Positions 59,859 through 64,000 of a stretch of DNA of 64,000 nucleotides are shown here, piece by piece. Origin of the DNA: Acidimicrobiia bacterium. GTDB taxonomy: Bacteria > Actinomycetota > Acidimicrobiia > Spongiisociales > ZC4RG35. Within the stretch, counting starts at the first letter, position 1. Each line of letters starts with the position of its first letter. The stretch is from positions 320,001-384,000 of the forward strand of contig OZ244034.1 of assembly GCA_965215185.1 (NCBI GenBank). Direction: 5' to 3'. The position numbers and the translations under genes are program-made. Under the pieces are notes generated by a model, which worked only from the letters and a program-made list of their open reading frames with translations, did no database searches and was not told where the DNA came from.

Positions 59859-60849
59859 ATGACTGGTCTTAACGCCGAACAACTGGCCAGTTTTGAAAAG
59901 GACGGCTATCTCATTGTTGAGAATGTGCTTTCTGAGGAAGACCTTGCGGGATTGGAGTCCGAGTATCGGGAGATTGTGGACCGCGTAGCCAAGGATCCTG
60001 TGAAAACAAGGGAAGATGGAGGCTTTGACGGGTGACAACTTCTCGGAGCGCTACATCCAGGCATTGCAGCAGGTCGATGACATGTGCACCCTTTACCTGC
60101 ATCTCGATATCTCACTGCGGCTGCTCAACCAACTCGACTTTTCTCACACTATGAACGCCGGGCCGCAGGTATTTCGTCTGCTGACCAACCCTCGACTGCT
60201 CGACATCGTGGAGTCGGTGATAGGGACCGAGATCTATTCCAACCCGGTGCAGCACACCCGCATCAAGCCTCCGGCCAACCGTCTGCCCAAATCCATAGTG
60301 GACTCCAATGTGGCTGCGACGATGTGGCATCAGGACTCGGCGGTAATTACCTCCGACGCCGACGAAACCGACATGCTGACCGTATGGCTGGCGGTAACGG
60401 ACGCCACGGTCGAGAACGGGTGCCTGATCGCCGAACGGGGAAGCCATCGTGAGGACCTGACTCTTCATTGCCCGGGTCGGGGCTTCGCCGCAGATATATA
60501 TCCCGGAGTCGATCATTGAATGGTGAGCAGGTTGTGCCCCCTTGAAGTCGGGGCAGGTGGCGCCGTCTTGCTTCACCGACTGACCGAGCACGGTTCGTTC
60601 GACAATCTCAGTGATGATATCCGGTGGAGCTTTGACTTTCGCTACCAACCGATCGGTCAGCCCACCGGCCGCTCGGTCTTCCCCGGTTTCGTGGCCCGAA
60701 GCACTGCTAATCGCGAGCAGGTGCTCACTGACCACGCCCAGTGGGCTCACTTCTGGTGGGAAGCTCGGGATGGGATCGCCAACCGCGAAGTGGCGATGAA
60801 CCTCAACTCCAGGTGGGAGGCAAACGCCCTTCAACCCATTTGTGCCTGA
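59859..60849 (+). pseudogene. Phytanoyl-CoA dioxygenase family (2OG-Fe(II)) gene with two frameshifts
   Basis: FEKDGYL, WHQD, TVWLA..ENGCL, HGS..IRWS spread over three ORF pieces. Confidence 0.8.
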
Positions 60850-60913
60850 CGCACCTGTTGCTGGCAGGTAGTCTCAGGTGGGCAGTGGGAGTAGTTGAGC
60901 CCAGCCAAAAGAG

Positions 60914-62224
60914 ATGATTGATCGCTACACGCTTCCGGAGATGAACAGGCTCTGGTCGCCGGAACGGCGCCTAGCAGCCTGGAAACAGGTGGAAGAATTG
61001 GCCTTGGAGGCTTGGTCTAAATTGGGAGTCGTTCCTGCTGAGGCGGCGGAAGAGATTCGGAGAACTCCGGTTCCCACCCCCGCCCAAGTGGCGGAGAGGG
61101 AGGCGGTAACAGACCATGATCTTGCCGCTTTCGTCGATGTGCTTGCTGCTTCTATGGGGCAGGGAGGGGAGTGGGTTCACTACGGGTTGACTTCTTCCGA
61201 TGTGATAGACACCGCCTCCGGGGTGGTTATGGGCGAGGCGGCTCGACTTCTCACCGGTGAGGTGGAGAAGCTATTCGCGGTGGTTAAGGAGGCGGGCCTG
61301 GAGCACCAGGAGACCCTGATTCTGGGTCGAACCCACGGGATGTGGGCTGAACCAACCTCATGGGGTCTCAAGCTGGCCAGCTGGACGTTCCAACTGGCAA
61401 GAGATTATGAACGGCTGCAGGCGGCGGGCGAAGCGGTGGCGGTGGGGAAGGTGAGCGGAGCGGTGGGAACCTATGCGCAGTGCCCTCCCGCCATCGAGGA
61501 GATAGTGTGCCGACGGTTGGGAATCGGCTCCGAGCCGGCTTCCACCCAGGTCACCGCCCGAGATCGCCACGCCCAGTTGCTGGGAGCGATCGCCCTGGCC
61601 GGAGCTTCCCTGGAACGGTTCGCCACCGAGATACGGCTGCTCCAGCGAAGCGAAGTGCGGGAAGTGTCGGAAGGTTTTCGCCCGGGCCAGAAGGGTTCAT
61701 CAGCCATGCCTCACAAACGAAATCCCATCGTCTCTGAGAGAATGGCCGGCATGGCCCGGCTGCTTAGGGGTTACTCGATGACCGCCTTGGAGAACGTGGC
61801 GTTGTGGCATGAGAGGGACATCAGTCATTCATCGGTGGAGAGGATCATCATTCCCGATGCCTGCACGATCCTCCATTACATGTTGGTGACCTTCACCGGG
61901 GTGATGCAACGGTTGGAAGTGGACGCCGTGCGGATGCGGGCCAACCTGGATGCGACCGGCGGGCTGGTGGTGAGTGGCGCATTGTTGTCCGAACTGATCA
62001 GCCAGCAGAGATTGAGCCGCAACGGGGCATACCGGATTGTGCAGCGCCACGCCGCGGCGGTGCTGGAAAGTGGGGGCAATCTCTGGGAGAAGCTGGCCTC
62101 CGACCCCGAGGTGACCATCACGGCCGCTCGGTTGGAAGAGCTTTCCGACCCCAAACGTTTCCTGATGGAGACACGGGTGGTTTTCGACCGACTACGTAAT
62201 CTGAACCTCCCGTCTGAGAGCTAG
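60914..62224 (+). CDS. purB: Adenylosuccinate lyase
   Basis: MIDRY, HYGLTSSD, GRTHG, GSSAMPHKRNP, WHERDISHSSVER. Confidence 0.97.
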   Translation: MIDRYTLPEMNRLWSPERRLAAWKQVEELALEAWSKLGVVPAEAAEEIRRTPVPTPAQVAEREAVTDHDLAAFVDVLAASMGQGGEWVHYGLTSSDVIDTASGVVMGEAARLLTGEVEKLFAVVKEAGLEHQETLILGRTHGMWAEPTSWGLKLASWTFQLARDYERLQAAGEAVAVGKVSGAVGTYAQCPPAIEEIVCRRLGIGSEPASTQVTARDRHAQLLGAIALAGASLERFATEIRLLQRSEVREVSEGFRPGQKGSSAMPHKRNPIVSERMAGMARLLRGYSMTALENVALWHERDISHSSVERIIIPDACTILHYMLVTFTGVMQRLEVDAVRMRANLDATGGLVVSGALLSELISQQRLSRNGAYRIVQRHAAAVLESGGNLWEKLASDPEVTITAARLEELSDPKRFLMETRVVFDRLRNLNLPSES

Positions 62225-62644
62225 CCGGCAAGGGGTCAACGTTGACAGCAGACCCGAGGTTGGTCGGCAAAGTGGGAAAAGACGGCCCGGTCTGAGTTTG
62301 ACTCGGCCGCATCTTTGGTCACATGATGTGGGTAGCTGCAAAACCCCTTCGGTGCGGGCATCGGGCTCACCCGGACCGAAAAGCCCGAAGGCACGCATGC
62401 GAGAATATCCACAAGCAGGCGCGGCCCTTCTCGCATCCAATCGGTGGTGGCGGCGGGTCACTGCCAAGGGCAGTGGGCTTGCCTTATGGCCTGCTAGGGG
62501 ACTGGCGAGTGTTCAATGCGGGTTCTGCGAAGGCTTCGCGACATTACCGGGTGACTTAGCCCATATCCCTGCCAAACCTACCAAGAAGCAGTGGTTGGGT
62601 TTGGTCGGCGGGAGCGCCGACCAAACCCAACCTGATAGTGAAAG

Positions 62645-63574
62645 TTATCCTCGTGCTGTTGCCAGCCAGCTGTCGACTTTGTCGCGGTTGGCGGCGATCC
62701 AGGCTTGGGCGTCAGCTTCGATGTCAGCCTCGGTGTAAGCTCCGGCGGCCATTTTGGTGTTTTGAGCTGCGATGTCACTCAACGGAATTGCCATCACCTC
62801 GAGGAGACGGCGGATATCCGGGTTGTCATCCAGGAAGTCGGTGTTGGCCACCGCCCGGATGTCATTCACGGAGGACTGCAGCCATACCGCATTCTCGCCT
62901 GCCACCAAAACGGTGTTTGTCCAGTTGGGCGTCCAAGCGTAGAACAGCGCCGGTTCACCAGCGGCTACCGTCGCCACAACGCCTCGGGCCAAGTCGTCGT
63001 AATCACCAGAGACCTGCTCGACGTTGGCGCCCCAACTGAGATCGGCGATCTGTTGGTTGATGGAGGTTTCGCATCCCCATCCGACGTTGCATCCGAACAG
63101 GTCGGCCTTGCCGTCACCGTCGGTGTCGAAGAGGCCGGCGTTGGCGGCCACGCCATCCATCGAGGTGATTCCCATTCTGTCAGCCGTGGCCTTGTCGACC
63201 ATCAAGCCGTCGGTAGCCCCATCATCCACCTGCCAGCCGACAGGTTCGATGGGCAACTCGACCGCCTGGCCGGTTACATTTTCTCCTTCCAAGTATATGT
63301 CGTGGATGGGGAACCAGCCATTGGCCCACAGGTCGTACTGGCCGGTGGCCAGGGCGGGATAGAACGAGTAGGGGCTCAGTTCGGCGGCGGCCGGATCGGT
63401 CACCTCGTGTCCAAGCTCCTCGATTAGCGCGGCGTAGATGGCGGCCTGCATGTAGCCCGAACTCCAGTTGGCCCGAGCGATCTTCACCGGCCCGGCAACT
63501 TCGTCGGTGGCGCAAGCCGAAAGCATCAGCACGAAAGCCGCAAGAGCGGCCGTCAATACGTTCGTTTTCTTCAT
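62645..63574 (-). CDS. Glycine betaine-type substrate-binding lipoprotein (ProX-like)
   Basis: Lipobox [29 protein letters not shown]. Confidence 0.85.
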   Translation of the reverse strand: MKKTNVLTAALAAFVLMLSACATDEVAGPVKIARANWSSGYMQAAIYAALIEELGHEVTDPAAAELSPYSFYPALATGQYDLWANGWFPIHDIYLEGENVTGQAVELPIEPVGWQVDDGATDGLMVDKATADRMGITSMDGVAANAGLFDTDGDGKADLFGCNVGWGCETSINQQIADLSWGANVEQVSGDYDDLARGVVATVAAGEPALFYAWTPNWTNTVLVAGENAVWLQSSVNDIRAVANTDFLDDNPDIRRLLEVMAIPLSDIAAQNTKMAAGAYTEADIEADAQAWIAANRDKVDSWLATARG

Positions 63575-64000
63575 GACTCTTCACCTCCTACTCCCAGTCT
63601 CTCGATCAAGCCGCTGTGCTGGGATTGGAAGATGGCTGCGTCGTAGTGACTCTCTAGGAGGTCGAGCTCTTCATCGAAGGCCTTCTTGAGGCTATACAAC
63701 ATGATCAAAAGCACGAACAGGAATGGCAGTCCGGTAGCCACAGCCGCCGTTTGGAGCGCCGACAGGCCACCTCCTATCAGCAACACGACCGCTACCAGGC
63801 CTTCCATCAACGCCCAGGCCACTCTCTGGGGCTTGGGCGAGTCGAGTTTTCCTCCTGAGGTGAGGTGGTCCACCACCAGAGATCCCGAGTCCGAAGAGGT
63901 AACGAAGAACGAAACCAACAGTAAAACGCCGACTATCGAGATGAAGTTGGTCCATGGGAAGGCCTCCAACATCACGAACAGGGCGGTAGCAACGTTTTCG
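63571..64000 (-). CDS. BCCT family transporter, C-terminal part (runs off window)
   Basis: [25 protein letters not shown]. Confidence 0.9.
   Translation of the reverse strand, partial: ENVATALFVMLEAFPWTNFISIVGVLLLVSFFVTSSDSGSLVVDHLTSGGKLDSPKPQRVAWALMEGLVAVVLLIGGGLSALQTAAVATGLPFLFVLLIMLYSLKKAFDEELDLLESHYDAAIFQSQHSGLIERLGVGGEES

Noticed and set aside
62225-62640. Riboswitch or ncRNA in the purB-proX gap
   Set aside because: Lies between convergent 3' ends and no known consensus was recognised

Overview
GC-rich bacterial DNA, most likely from an actinobacterium (NucS and actinobacterial gene styles; Acidimicrobiia-like is an inference). 1-18.7 kb is a quaternary-amine catabolism region: corrinoid activator, non-pyrrolysine MttB, MetF, IclR, carnitine genes (BKACE, dehydrogenase-thioesterase, acyl-CoA dehydrogenase, CoA ligase), a betaine ABC transporter and a betaine-homocysteine methyltransferase. 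19-34 kb is mostly housekeeping: exonuclease-DinG, metY, nucS, a TPP riboswitch with thiBP, and a broken sensor kinase. About 34.7-51 kb is a visibly more AT-rich catabolic island (phosphotriesterase-like protein, amidase, peptide-type ABC transporter, hydantoinase B/A between inverted ISL3 fragments, AtuA + DUF4387). 51-55.2 kb is the most striking part, a nest of IS110 elements inserted into one another. Three left ends share a bridge-RNA-like scaffold whose variable 10-nt and 6-7-nt segments match each element's own insertion site. Two IS110 lineages appear programmed to insert into each other's transposase gene. One lineage has a C-terminal XRE-like HTH and apparently only a target-binding loop. 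55-64 kb holds purA, a YcaQ-like glycosylase, purB, several frameshifted genes and a BCCT-SBP pair. All calls come from reading the sequence by eye; no database searches were run.
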